Position numbers and translations under genes: made by a program. This document shows, piece after piece, positions 45,889 through 59,273 of a DNA stretch of 59,273 bases. The notes beneath the pieces are model-generated. The model was not told the DNA's origin, searched no databases, and saw only the letters and a list, made by a program, of their open reading frames with translations. How positions within the stretch are numbered: the first letter of the stretch is position 1; every line of letters starts with the position of its first letter. Source of the stretch: Piedraia hortae CBS 480.64 (taxonomy: Eukaryota); NCBI GenBank assembly GCA_010093745.1, contig MU005971.1, forward strand, positions 248,128-307,400, in the 5' to 3' direction.

Positions 45889-48800
45889 ATGCTTATCCGA
45901 CGTGCGAGTCCTTCGGAGAGGCGTTGGAACTGCCCGTCGCTGAGGCGGGCCCGGCCTCCAAGGGCGCAACATGCACAGCGACTCGCTGACTGCCGCAAAG
46001 GACATGGCCCAGCATGCTCTGCCCGTGTCGGCCGAGTCCAACGGTCCGCGCGCAGAGAATTCTCTCCGCCGTAAAACCCCAAACGGCACTCTGAATGCCG
46101 CCTACGAGGCCACGGCGGAGAATGACAATCCGCAGAAGCACCAGCTGGTTCTGGCTGAGCAGTCGCAAAAGCGCACTTTTCGGGAGCACCAGCGCCTTGC
46201 CGCTGACCGAGGACAGTGGCCCCAGCCGCCCCTAGCTCTTCCCGCTGATTTGATGCTGTACCAGCGACTACCGCCGCAGTACTATGGTCAAACCATTCCC
46301 ACCGTCATCCAACCGTCTTTTCACTACCTCGGTCCAACTGCGTGCGGTGAAAGAAGGCCGGGCCCGTACGGTCCATATTGGCATGATGGCACCTTTGTAC
46401 CATATCGTCCGACCGCTGTGCGCGACCCTTGTTTCGCACACCATCCCTCAATGTATGCCTACCCGCCCCAGCAGTGGCACCAGACCTGGCCTGCACAGCC
46501 TGTGACCACTTTCCCGCAATCACAACTGTCTGCCGCCCCATTGCCGCCCAACGCGAACAGCAGACGAGACAGTGTCTTTGCTTGCGCATTGCAACAGTAT
46601 CGCGAGCTACTGGCTGTCATCCATCACAGCAAATGGCAACATCCGCCCCCGGGTCGTCCCATACCGCCCTCTCGTCCTGCATTCTATCCTCCTCCGCCAA
46701 CGGGTCAGGGACACTTGGCTGCCCGTCTGCGGTCAAGTGACGCGCTGAACGGGAATTTCAATGGCGAATCTTACCGACAAGCTTCGTATGAGCAGTGGCA
46801 ATGGACAGTACGCCAATCCCACACCGCATCTGTAGTCCCCAATAATCCCTATGCCGTGGCATCTCCTGATCCCCATGTTCGAGCCGAGACGGCTCTTTCT
46901 CACCTGACTGCCCTCTGCCGGGACGCGGACTGGCAGTGGACAGATGGCGTGCACCTCGCCGGCTGTCTGGCGTACGGTCTATCATACTATCAGCAGGCAT
47001 ACGACTACTATAGCAAAGTCTTGGCGTTGGAACCGGACCACTTGGAGGCCAGATCGAATCTTGCAGCTACCGTGCTTGCCTTGGGCCGTAGAAGAGAGGC
47101 AGAAGGGCATTGGATGAAGGTCATTCGAGTGGCACCGCACCATTTTGAAGCAGTTGAGCACCTCGTCGGTCTCTTGTGCGCTGAACACCGCAGCCAAGAT
47201 GCAATCGATGTCATCGAACACGTTGAACGAGCGTTACGACAGCCGGCTGACAAGTCTGTTGTGATTTACGCAGATAACGGTGAACCGGGCTTCGGATCGT
47301 GTGGCTTTGCTATCCCAGATGTTAATAACGGACGTTTGCTCGCCCTCATACACGCCAAAGGCAACATGCTGTATGGGCTTGGGGAGAATGGTCGGGCAGC
47401 AAAAGCGTTTGAAGAGGTGGTTATGATTGCCACTCATCGGCGGTTCAATAGCATCCGCAATCTCATCCGACATATTCGCCAAGTTGTCTCGATGCATGGT
47501 GGAACTTCTTCAAGCTCGACCGAGCCGATATTGCTCTCGCCAGAGCAAGCTCTAATCACATCCCAGGCATGCTTTCCGCCATTCGGAGAGCTTCCAGGGT
47601 TGAAGCATATCGGCAGCGGAGCGGCGCAGAGCACGGCCCGGCGGGCAGGCATCTCAACCACCAGCAACTCTCTACTCTCGCTTGCAAAAATCTTTCAAGA
47701 TGGCATGTCAAATAGCCAGCGTCTGGGCGGATTAACGCCGTTGGAGAATGGTGTCGGTGACATACTCGCCCTGTACTATCTCTCACTCTCGCTTCAGCCT
47801 AGTCCATCAACGGCAAACAATGTGGGAATATTGCTGGCAGGCGTGCTGCAGACCGTTACTCCGGGGGCTGCGAACGTCGATACAGGCATCCCTGGCGTTC
47901 TCCCCGGCAGCGGTATCGCTCTGGCTTTACAGTATTACAATTACGGCCTCCGACTGGACCAAAACCATGCTCACTTGTATACCAATCTGGGCAGTTTGCT
48001 TAAGGACATTGGCCAGCTCGATGCTGCAATTCAAATGTACGAGCATGCGGTGCGATGCGATCCAAATTTTGATATTGCCCTGGCAAACATGGCAAACGCG
48101 GTTAAAGACAAAGGGCGCATCCGCGAAGCCATTGTGCACTACCAACGAGCCGTCGAGGTAAACCCCAGCTTTGCAGAGGCTGTCTGCGGCTTAGCAAATA
48201 CCCTCATTTCGGTCTGCAACTGGGGCGGACGCGGTGGCATAGCTGATGATGGTGGGACGCGAGATAGGTGGCATGTCGATGGCAAGGGAATGTTGTTGGA
48301 TGCTTCGCTTCCAGGCGCTCAAAGTTCGGGATGGATGAAGCGGGTTGTGAAAATTGTGGATAATCAGCTGACCGAAGGCGAGGATTGGGGATGCGGAACA
48401 TTGACGCCTATCGTCATTGATGAGCTGGTGCAACAGTTGTCGGCGGTAGCGCAGGGAGCAGAACTGCGCACCATACTCGACAGCTGGGCAGGACAAAAAA
48501 GTGAAGGGGCGCGAGTGACGAGACTCATCGAGCGGGCGACAAGACAACTTGGACGAAGGCGGTATCTGGATACCTATGTTCGGCAGAAGCCAAAGTCACC
48601 TTCAGCTTACCGCCGTCCCGTTCTACCGGCGTCTCTGACAGTACCCAGCGCACCGACGGTGCTCCCCTTTCACGCATTTACGTGTCCTTTGTCAGCCAAG
48701 CAGATTCGTATGATTTCCCGACGGAACGGGCTGCGCATATCTGTTTCGGCCTTGCGAGCCCAGTGGTTGCCAGCGGAGGTATATCCACCACCAACACCTC

Positions 48801-50134
48801 CGGCGCCGTACCTGCGAGTGGGATATATCTCATCAGACTTCAACAACCATCCCCTGGCACATTTAATGCAGTCTGTTTTTGGCATGCATGATAGGAAGAG
48901 AGTAAAGGCGTATTGCTATGCAACAACGGTCAGTGATGGCTCATGTCACCGCCAAAAGATTGAGGCCGAGGCACCCGTCTTTTATAATGCGAGCTCTTGG
49001 TCGGCCGAGAAACTTGTGGACAAGATTGTGGAAGATGACATTCACATTCTGGTCAATCTGAACGGGTATACAAGGGGTGCCCGAAGCGAGGTTTTTGCAG
49101 CTCGGCCGGCTCCGATACAAATGTCATTCATGGGATTTGCGAGCACATTAGGAGCTGAATGGTGTGATTACCTACTCGCAGATGAAACAGCGATACCTCC
49201 CAACACACTTCGGCCCTGGAAAGGCAGAGATTTGACCGATGGCGATGCTGACGACAACGAGAGATGGGTTTACGAAGAGAAAATCATCTACTGTCGAGAT
49301 ACATTCTTTTGCTGCGACCACCGTCAAAGTGCGCCTGATGCCCCTCAAGGTCCAGTCTCTTGGGACGAGGAACTTCGTCGCCGATGGAAGATGCGCAAGG
49401 AAATATTTCCCAAGCTTCCAGACGACTTTATCATCTTTGGCAACTTCAACCAACTGTATAAAATTGAGCCGACGACATTTCGCACGTGGCTGCGCATCCT
49501 GTCTCAGGTGCCCAACTCCATCCTCTGGCTCCTCCGTTTCCCAGACCTGGGCGAGGCAAACCTTTTGGCCACTGCCGAGCGTTGGGCAAACGCTAGCGTA
49601 GCAAGCCGTATCATCTTCACCGACGTTGCTCCCAAGCACCTCCACATATCGCGAGCACGGGTGTGCGATCTGGTCCTTGACACGGCCGAATGCAACGCCC
49701 ACACAACTGCTGCCGATGTTCTCTGGAGCGGGACTCCACTCGTTACTCTGCCTCGTTATGAATACAAAATGTGCAGCCGCATGGCAGCTAGCATCCTCAA
49801 AGGCGCGCTACCCAAGAACGAGGCCGGAAAACGTGCAGCAAAAGACCTGATCGCCGAAGATGAAGAAGGCTACGAAGTGCGAGCCGTCTCTCTAGCCAAG
49901 ACTCTGAAATACGAGCCTGGCCGGGAGGGCAATGCAAAAGGCCGCTTGATGGATTTGAGACGTCTCCTTTGCGAAGGTCGGTGGACGAGTGCGTTGTTTG
50001 ATACGAAACGTTGGGTTAGGGACCTGGAAGGCGCATATGAAAGAGTATGGAGGAATTACATTAATGATTCGGAGGGGGATATCTGGTTGGAGGAGAGCGG
50101 GTTTGATCCTTTTACTTCCCAGCAAGGGCGTTGA
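45889..50134 (+). CDS. OGT: O-GlcNAc transferase (TPR + GT41)
   Basis: TPRs, SSDFNNHPLAHLMQ, NLNGYTRGAR, RPAPIQ, NFNQLYKI and CNAHTTAADVLWSGTP. Start is either ATG 45971 or ATG 45889 via a putative 61-nt intron 45902-45962. Confidence 0.92.
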
Positions 50135-51999
50135 GGTTTTTTTTCTCTTTTTTTTTTCGAGTGATATCCTGACTTTTAGAGTTAGAACTTGTGGATTGAT
50201 TCCTATTCGCAGGTTCTGTTCAGAATAATCGTTTGCTAAAACGCACCGTTAGGTTAGAGTCAGTCGGACGCAAACCACTCCAAAGTATTCCTTGACGCCT
50301 GGTATAGCCACATATGAACCCATCGGGTTTGTTTCGAAAAATCTGCAATCCATCAGCATGAGGTAAAATTCCGTAACTGTTTCTCCCGTCCCCCTTCCCC
50401 TCCCCCAACCTCTCCCTCTAGCGTAACGCACAGGGGAACGTCCCAACGTCACTACAACAATTGCTGAAGCTGGTGCAGTGCGCCTCCGGCGTTGATGACG
50501 TCTTCCAGAGAGCGAGTTTGCTGGAAACTAGGAGACAGCGTTACCTGATATGAGGATTTGGCATGATAGGTTGGGAGTCGCTCCAAATCCATCCCGGAGT
50601 TGGCGAAAGTGCAGTTGCAGGATCGCGGAGTCTAGTTGCGGGGTTGGTGCTGGGGGAGATGAAAGGCTGTTCGCGTCCAATAATGGGTTGCTGGATTTCC
50701 AGTTGGTGATGGTGTGAGGATCTGGTGGGGAAGTGTGACATGGGTAGAGGATGGATTGCCTCTCGATTGTGGACCGAAAATCCCTGTGGATCTTGCCATG
50801 GTTCCAGTTCAGATTGGAGTTTCGGGGAGATGGGATGGGTGCTATGGTACAGCACTAGGGATGGTCCGCTAGACACCCATTCTCGTGCTACTTCAATACT
50901 CGCTGATGATTGACGCTTCGGACAACGCGGTGGGCGCAGCCAGACTCACATGATCAGCCAGTCGCCTCAAAGCTCCTGCGGTGTAAGACAATATAAAAAG
51001 AAATCGCCCGGGAGCAGTCCAAACTACACCCTGTGGCATACATGAGTAAGGTCTTGCCGAAATGCAAAGAAGGCATGCAGCACAGGAACGATGGATTCAT
51101 GCTCTCGTCATCTCGTTCGATCATTGGAAGCATTGGCTGGAGGGCGCGCGGGTTTTCTGCGGCTTATCCTTCCTGGATGGTTCGTTGAAGAGGATCTCCA
51201 CCACTAAGACGGGTTGCTGGATCTCGAAAACTGGCGAAAGCGACATCATAAAAACTTGGCAGGCAATGAAATGGTGCGTACGGGCAGAGGATCGTGAGCA
51301 TCGAGGGACAGGAATACATCCCAAATCAGCAGACGCGATGGCTGGATGAATACCTTGACACCAAACTTAGCTTCTTTCGATCGCATATTACCATAATTCG
51401 CGACTAAGACCTCACCGTCCTTGAAAGGTTATCTGCCGGTCTCCCATTTCAACCTGGACTTCTGGAATGACGGTATGGGCGCTGTAAGATCAGAAAGATG
51501 GAACAGCATCGAGGGCTGGCTGTTCAAATTCGCGGGTATGATGCGGTAGGTAATAGTTTTCTGGGCATGTTAGGGTGGTTGTACTGATGATCTTCGATGA
51601 GCAGGAGAATTTCACCGTTCGCTTTGTTGCTGTCGGACCCAGGATGCAGGGTCACAGTATGGTAACAACTCTACAAAAGGACATGGTGCACGTTGTGCGT
51701 GGTAGACGTCTGGTGACCTGCGGCCTGAATTTGGCGATGGCAAATTACCCGGCCGCATCTGAGTTGTGCTCGCATCGGTGGCTTAGCCTCTACTCGTGCA
51801 GAGTATGCTTGTACCACCACTTCTCGGACACTGTAGACTGTTCGCGCTCGACAGATGAATAATAACGGCCAGCCAACGGGCACTCTGGGGATGGATTTCC
51901 CGCTGGAGGGTCTCTCCAAACAAAAAAGGTTCGATCCTCAGAGACATCCCATACAACATTGCATGCTGCTCGGGCTCGTGAAATATCTCTAGGTGATGC

Positions 52000-52833
52000 T
52001 CTGGAGCAAGTCTTGGTAAAGCCGGACCGCAAGGCGCTTGCACGATGTGCCGTGGCCGCTCACCTCGTTGGCATAGAGAGCTTTATGTTCAGCAAACGCA
52101 TCAAGTGCTGGAGTGGATCGTTCACGGGCAATGACTTCCACTGGCTGATCTGGGTCTGGCCGCTAATCCTCACGGCGTATTACGTGTCCGGGAGATCCTG
52201 GCGAGCTCACCGATGTTGAGGAAGTGTTGCGCGTCCTGGAGGAAAGCTTCGGTGATCCGCATCACGCGGACATCTTTGCGATGATGCTCGACAAGCTGCG
52301 CCAGAGCTGAGGTAAACTGAACGCGTTTATTGCGGAGTTCAACCGGCTCGCGGCCAATATGGCGATGGATGAGGCCACGAAGCAGCGACAATTCCGAATG
52401 AAACTCACTCCTGTTTAACAACGGTCCCCAAACTGTGGTTTCTGGCAGCGACGCTAACAAAGTCACAGTACGACAAATCTACTCTGCTACATCCGGATGA
52501 GTGGGCGGTTTGGGCAGCAACTTTGCAGATCCAGGAAAGTCTGAACAAGGACACTCGCAAACAAATCGAGCATACCAACCGTATGGCCGATCCCGTGTTG
52601 TTGCTCGCCGGAACGCATTCATCGCTGGGCTTCCTCACATGGCCATGGGAGGATGGTGGCGGGCGAACGGCAAATTTACCAGTGCTGGAAGGGCGGTGCG
52701 GGAGGTCTTCCGGAACCCTGGCCTCCGCAAGGAGGCCAGCCTGCCTTTTGAGGTCGCTGAGCCGCTGTGGCACCAATTGTCTGTCGACGCAGACATTCAC
52801 AACCAGCTCCAGAGCGAATACGGGATGGAATGA
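52000..52833 (+). pseudogene. Ty3/gypsy-type retrotransposon gag remnant
   Basis: From 52200 reads VLRVLEESFGDPHHADIFAMMLDKLRQS*GKLNAFIAEFNRLAANMAMDE, a Retrotrans_gag-like pattern with stops. Boundaries approximate. Confidence 0.7.
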
Positions 52834-55800
52834 GAGCATTAATACCTCATTGAGCTATTGACTTGCGGTCCTGGATCGTTTGTCCGATGCGAGATTGAGA
52901 AGCCCTATTTGTGGTGCATTGCCTTTCGCGAATTACCGCTTCCTGGACGTGCGTCCCTGGAAGGACAATCGTTCTGTCGAGCGAGGGCGTTGAGCTGTTC
53001 GAGGCTAGCGCACAGCGTCGAATCGTCCCAGTCACGTACTTATGTCGGACTTGCACCGCAAAGCGCGAGGATTGAGAGGGTGGCCTGGATGCACGCTAAG
53101 GCCATTGGGTACTAAACCCGCATATGCTGCACTTCCACCATTAATTCCATCCTCATATTTGCCTCCCGCTCGCCCCATCTCTCCCATTACTTTCGCGCAG
53201 GGTGGATCATTTTGACCGCAGAAATGTCAGCTGCCATGCCCCACCGCTCATGTTCACTTGTCGAAGCTGTGAGACAGCGATGTTATCATGGTACAAGAAC
53301 CCTGCTCGCTTTGAGGAACAACAGCCAAATTGCTTGGGATGCGTCGCTTCTATGAAGCGCAGGATATTGTTCACATAAAGGACTGGTAATCTGATTGGAA
53401 CTCATCTCACTTTATGCCGTGGCTCATGGACCAGCTGAAACATTCTTGTAGCTTGAGAAGGTCCTACCCATAAGGGATGATATGGAATTTTGAAGAAAAG
53501 GCTATTGTGTGCACGTCCTCTTCTTGGGTATGAATGGGTGCGTCTGGAAAAAAGTGATTCGTGTGCTGCGGACAACTGGGACGTGGTTTGGGACAGTTTA
53601 CAAGAGTTTTTCTTTTGGGGAATGAATGGTTCTCGCCCGTTCCTTACCCTTCACGATTGGTTATGTGGATGGTTTGGCATGATGGGTAGTGGACACTCCC
53701 ATCAAAGCTCGACTGGTCTGGAGGCTTTGGCTTTCTTCATGGTGCATCCACTTTGGTTAGGTGTCACTCCAACTGGTTTATTGAGAGCGTTTTGGATCGA
53801 TTGTATGGTTAGAGAGGGCACGTATCCTCCCTTGCATCATCGTTCTGTTGATTGAGCAGCACTCACATTATGTTCTTTTACAGGTCGTGTTGGTTGCATC
53901 CTGCGTGTGTTTGTTGCTGGGATGAAAATCAACGGCTTCCTTCTCGTGTCGTTTCTAGGGTGAGTAGATTCGATCACGATGAGGTGGGCCATAAAGTTGC
54001 AATAGCTTGAAGGGGTCTCTAAAATATCCCCATGGGAGGTCTGATTAGCCATTGCTGTATCGAAACGATGCTAGCGAGTTATGTTAAGACAAGCTAGACC
54101 ATCTTAGGCCTAGTTTCACGCAGGGCGGGGCACGCACAATCACAAACTAATTGCAATCACCAAATCACACTTATCACATCACAGCTTCGTGAGTTCCGCA
54201 ATACACTGAGGAATCTACCCAGCTTTGATACTGCGTCTTCATTACGTCGTATGCGGAACGGAAGTGGGTCGTGATGGAAAGTCTCTAACCATTGCATGAG
54301 AGTGCAACACTCCGCGTGATTTCGGCAATCAGAGTATTCATGCAAGGCTGCACGCGAGTGTCCAATTCTATTGCCCAGATATCTTGGCCGGACTGAAGGC
54401 TCCTGGCAAGGACTTCCCTGGCATAATCCCTCTAAGGAATTACATGAAGCCAGCTCCATGAAGCTAGATCGAGAGGTATTCTCCTGCATGTTAGCCTACT
54501 CATAAATTACTCTGCCGGTAAGGCTTTCAGTCAATGCATCTATATATCTTCTTCTTAAAGGGAAGATCAAGGGATCAAGTTCAGCTTTGGCTGGCTGCAA
54601 GGCTTTGTTCCCACTGGGCAATATCTTATGGCCTCTGGATGGTATAGAAAACGAGGATTACAAGCTTGCATCCTGAGGCCGCTGAAATTACAGTAAGCTG
54701 TCATACTGCAGCATGCGTCCTTGCATGCCACCACCACTCTCACCAAGGCTCACTTTGAGAAGAGCGTCCTGGCTTGGCTGAAGCTGTATATGGGCTGAAT
54801 TGAGAACAACAGACAGGGCGCTATCAGGATAGACAGTTCCCTTTCGAGCTGGCAAATGGCCGCATGGTCGTATATGGATGTGAGGTCTATGCTCACTTCA
54901 AGATGGAGGAAGGCACTGATGCGTAACCTAACAGTTGGGCAGATTCCAAACACGCACAGTGGCTGGTTACATGGTGGTCCATGCCCAACTATCGAGTTTG
55001 GACCCCATCCGCAAAAGATATCATCCTCATGGGAATGTGGTCTTCGATGAGTCGAAAATCACGGCCCTTGCAGCAAGCGCCAGGAGAAAATCGCCATTGC
55101 GTCGTTTGGATTTGCGCCGACCGACGTCTTCGGCGTCTCACTTCCCTTGTGGTCCTACTTCAACGAAGATCGCAATCCGGACAGAACCACGACGGCTCAA
55201 CGTGTTCGCTCAGAGTGAGGATCAACGATTCACTAAGCCAAGCCACATCCATCACGACATAGATGCGGGACGTGGGCGCGATTTTTGTTGCTGCAACCCC
55301 AGAGTCGAGCAACGCAACGTTGTTTCTCGACATGGCTCGAAGTCTACGAGCACTGCCATAGCTACATGGAGGAGCGAAAGCAACTAAACCCATTGTTGGC
55401 TACGTGGACTGAGGAGAGCGAGCTGGTAAACGAACCGTCTTTACCCAACGGCCAAAGGAGGCTCATCCCGATGGTCCACAATGCGTGAGTCTTCCGCTAA
55501 ATTGACTTGCAACAGTTTGACTGGATGCTCGATAGACAAGCCCCTTTACGTCCAGATGGAGAGGGCAGTGAATTGATAGTGTTTACTTCACAACCTTCAC
55601 AGATTTCAACATGCTGCAGTTTCGTCATACACGACTGTTGGCGCTCCCTGCAGAGTAGACAACAAAGCTCGGATTGTGCGAACTGCCGTTTCACAGTGCT
55701 GTTGTGTCTGCCATGCAGCGTCACGAGCGAGAACGTCGCGTAAGGCGTCGACGCCTACTGACTGCTTGGTACTTTGCCACAATGGTCTCCCCGTAACAAT

Positions 55801-56122
55801 CCACAGCCGCGGGAGGAAGAATTCCTTTGGAAACGGGCGTATCCGCGTTGGACAGACAGGAGGTTTAAAGAAATCATTTGGGTGAACTGACAGACATTCA
55901 AACTGGCTGCTGGCTGAGCTGCAGGAACCTCTGCATGAATAACCTAGAAACATGGACTGAGGTAGACCTCAAAGCAAAAGGGATCAAAACCAGAAGCATT
56001 TGCTGCCCTACACTTATATACAGCGGCGGATTTGGCCACACATACGTCGTTGCCACCCAACTGGACCTTTTCCTCCTAACGCCTGCAAGAAATATTCAAC
56101 ATGCCTGCCTTAGAAAATATGA

Positions 56123-56548
56123 TTGCATATCTCCCTAAGGCTCTCGCGACGCTTAAAAAGGAAGCAAAGGCTCAGCTGCCCTTGCTCTCAATGCGAAAGA
56201 AACCGATTGACCTCATTGCCTCCGAGTTTTCTAGGAAAATATCTGGATAATGGTCTGGTTTTCATGGACCCAATCAGTCTTACAGGACATATCATCCCAA
56301 GAGCCAAACAAGCCATATCGGCGCTGGGACGCTGCTTCAGATGCGATTGTCCCGGACATTTCGCCACCCAATGCATCCGTCACCCATCGCATTCTGCGTA
56401 CCATCATCGCTATTTCAGACGCGTAGAGCAGCAAAACGGTAGGCCTTCCCCCAAAGCTAGACGGGGGATACTCCTCCGTCTTGGACCTTGCAAGGAGCAT
56501 TATTTGGTAGCAATCAGTCTATCCCAGCACGGAGCACTAAGGAGCTAA
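56123..56548 (+). pseudogene. Second gag remnant with CCHC zinc knuckle
   Basis: MDPISL...GRCFRCDCPGHFATQC = CX2CX4HX4C. Confidence 0.7.
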
Positions 56549-57570
56549 ACGAGGCGATAGCAAAAGGCCACAAGCCATCCGTACTACCAAGAAGGTGGGA
56601 CTATAGAGGCCCTACAGGTCAAACCTGTCACGCGCACACTCATTTTCACTATCAACCCTTTTTTTCAAGCTAGGTGGAGAGATAGCAAGGTTAAATTTTA
56701 CGTTGAGTGTACAAGTTTAGACGTCAGTTCTACTACTAGATGGGCCGGGCGGAGATACACATTCGGGTTGCTTTGGTATAAGAGGAATAATAATAATATG
56801 GGTTCTAGTCTTGTTATCTGGTTAGGGGTGGGTCGGGGTGCTGTATAACTCCTGGTGGTGATTCATGGTTCTGAAGCCTTAGCTACTCTTTTACTTAAGG
56901 CTTGAGGATCTAGATCCGTCTCATGGGATCGTGAGATAAGTCAGCGACATAAAACTTCACTTTATACCTGGTTTGCGGGGTTTCCTCCTAGGGATCGAGC
57001 TAGTCAGTCGCAGTTCATTTTTGCACTTAGGTATGAGTTCTTTCCTTCGCCTCTGACAGCTGTTTACTCAAAGATTATTTGTACAATGCTTTGCTTGGCA
57101 AATCCAGTGAGTGACTTTTACGTTTGATGAGAGTGTTCTTTTGCTGCGTTTCGTCCTAGAAGTAGAATAATGCGTTCCAGAATAAGACGGCCTGTCCCAC
57201 AGTGGCCGTGTTTTGTGCCCTCGTTATGAGTTTCGTATCTTCTGGGGGAAATATCTCAGAAGCCAACGCGAAAGTTTCTCATGGACATTGATATAGTTCT
57301 GGAGAAAATGGATTCGTTGCACGTTCAGATCCATCTGGGAGATTGATCTTTACCTGGTGGGCGTGCAAAGTAGAGCTTTCTTTCCCATGGATTACCGACA
57401 GTGAGGCCGTGAAGTTTTTTGATAGGTTGGCTGCTTGGGTGAAGAGATTCAAAGGTTGAGAATGCATGTTGGCGGCAGCAATCAACATTTAGAACCATAA
57501 AAGATCTCAATACTTATGACAAAGTCATTCAAGGAGCATAGTATACCGATCCTTAGACAGTAATTCCCCT

Positions 57571-58225
57571 GATGCCAACGCTATGCTCAACGCGCTGTTC
57601 CTATCTTCACCTCGCTGTCAACCAACCCATCAACTTAATCATTCCAATCCTGCCATACCAACCCAATTCGTGAATAGGAACCTCCTTGCCTACATATCAG
57701 CACCATCTCTCGACTAGCGGAGCTAGGTTATGATACTACGGTATCATCTTACCTACAATCAAGAGCATCAACCAAGAAAACGTTATACCCGGAAAGTATA
57801 ACTTACCTATAATGAGGAAGTGATCTCGTGGAAAGGAATATTGACGAGGCGTGGCTGATAGTTCGCTACTTAGAGTGGAGGAGTCTCGTGGGGTGATAAG
57901 CTAGATTGTGGTGGGATCGTTCGAGCCAATGTCGGTGTGGTTTTGACGTTGGAGGGTACTAGCTACTGTGATGGGAAGGGATGCCAATGCGTTGAATGAT
58001 GACGGGTGTTGGTACAGAGTAATGGACCGGGTCAAGTGTTCTACCATTGAGGGGAACAGTGACTGGGAGGGTAACGGATTGCGGAAATTTCCCATGTTCA
58101 TCCAGACGGCAGATCCTCTTCTCAGAGGTGTTCAACAGCTGATTCAACCGGCTATCGACGAAGGAAATGGTGTGTGGTTAACAACTTCAAACAACGAGAG
58201 AGGGATGTCGACGTCCGTAGGTTGA
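57571..58225 (+). pseudogene. Possible decayed alpha/beta-hydrolase gene
   Basis: Fragments across frames (RLAELGYDT, LPTIK, VADSS, GVIS*IVVGSFEP) follow the order of fungal Abhydrolase_6 motifs. Weak. Confidence 0.25.
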
Positions 58226-59273
58226 CGAGGAGAGTTGGATAATCCATTCCAGGAATCAACACCCTGATACAACTGCAAAGCTCCTTCCGATCATCCGTGT
58301 GAAGAAAATTGCGAGAATGGTACCTGCAGCCCACAAAGAAACGCAGCACCTTCAATCCTTGCCACACCCTCACACAAGAATAAGTCAATCTAGCCGCAGC
58401 ATACATCACCCACGAAACCGCACACAGCAGATGCTTCGCTCTCGTTAATCTCAGTTCTACAAATGCACGTCTGCCGGGCAAGATCTTGATTAAGGATATA
58501 CATCTTCGGGACGTCATTTCCCCTTGTGCTGCCTGCCTTTCAACTTCCCGACAATCTGGCGAATGGATCGCACCCGGGAGCCGGGTGCAAGTCTTATGCA
58601 TATGTTATACATCTCATCTATCTCTTCCTTGGCATTGGGACTGTGGCGGAGATGGGATTTATATTTCTCAGGATGGGGTATGCGTGTAATACTCTATGCT
58701 GCGGACATGTTCGTTTGACGGTTATTCTCTGGATGGAATGAAAGGGTTGATTGCGTCAGTACAATCGCCCTCCCCGCGTCTGGTCTGCTCAATTATTGCA
58801 TGACCCTGCATTTATTCTAATGACACTACGCGAGTGATTGGTTTGTCTCCCTTTTCCAAGGGCCTGGCGGATACTTACACCGTTTGATATATCCCGATTT
58901 GGAGAATGGTGGTTGATAATCGCACTGCAGTGGATGGGGGGATAGAGATCCTTGGGGGGCGAACAAACGCAGTCCTCTTTTAGAATAGTTCCCAAAGCAT
59001 CGATTCTCATGTAAAAGGGGAAATGGGGAGGGAAGATTTGTGTGGTGGACGTAACGGTGGAATACTGGTCACCCGGGCCGTTGGAAGCTGATACCAAACA
59101 CAAATGCAGATAGCCGTAACCTGTCAGACAATCTTTTCGATGGTGAGGCAAAGGAACAGTGTGGCGTTTGTCGAGAACTGTTGTGAATATGCGGTATATT
59201 ACGCGCATTATTAGTAACCGTCGCTCGGCTCTCGACTTCACGCGTCAACTAGTTTTCCGTAGAGATTTGTATG

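Noticed and set aside
37319..50134. Tyrosinase-KRE6-OGT as a cell-wall or glycosylation cluster
   Set aside because: The genes act in different compartments and pathways, and there is no backbone enzyme, transporter or regulator. Adjacency is expected in a dense genome.
51887..51953. tRNA-like look (GGGATG...GGTTCGATCC...CATCCCA)
   Set aside because: The T-stem does not pair and there is no D or anticodon arm.

Overview
Eukaryotic fungal DNA from a filamentous ascomycete (Pezizomycotina; probably a compact-genome Dothideomycete, which is inference). Three very gene-dense blocks (about 8.2-19.6 kb, 24.8-43.3 kb and 45.9-50.1 kb) have intergenic gaps often of only 30-200 bp and very short introns (43-61 nt). 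They encode a RING-H2 E3 ligase, a PfkB/Mak32-like kinase, a conserved hypothetical protein, a Spo71/Mug56-like PH protein, eIF2-alpha, a rhodanese, PMS1, Hsp88/Sse1, spermidine synthase, a CYA-5/Pet309-like PPR protein, MCM3, a Utp30/Cic1-like protein, a Cld1/ABHD4-5-like hydrolase, a secreted tyrosinase, a mitochondrial K+/H+ exchange-related protein, Kre6/Skn1 and an O-GlcNAc transferase. Between them lie decayed accessory regions. These hold a dead Tc1 transposon whose long terminal arms are each bounded by their own inverted motifs, two solo LTRs (one with a nested insert; a micro-inversion and RIP-like changes distinguish the pair), an 805-bp Mutator-like element with a perfect 9-bp TSD and an internal ORF, gypsy gag remnants, and an intron-containing ELF1 pseudogene. 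I found no convincing novel multi-gene system. The strongest leads are the Tc1 arm architecture, the MULE-like element, a repeated C-rich to G-rich compositional switch across many genes, repeat insertions inside the PMS1 endonuclease domain, and the fungal OGT with its complex 5' end.
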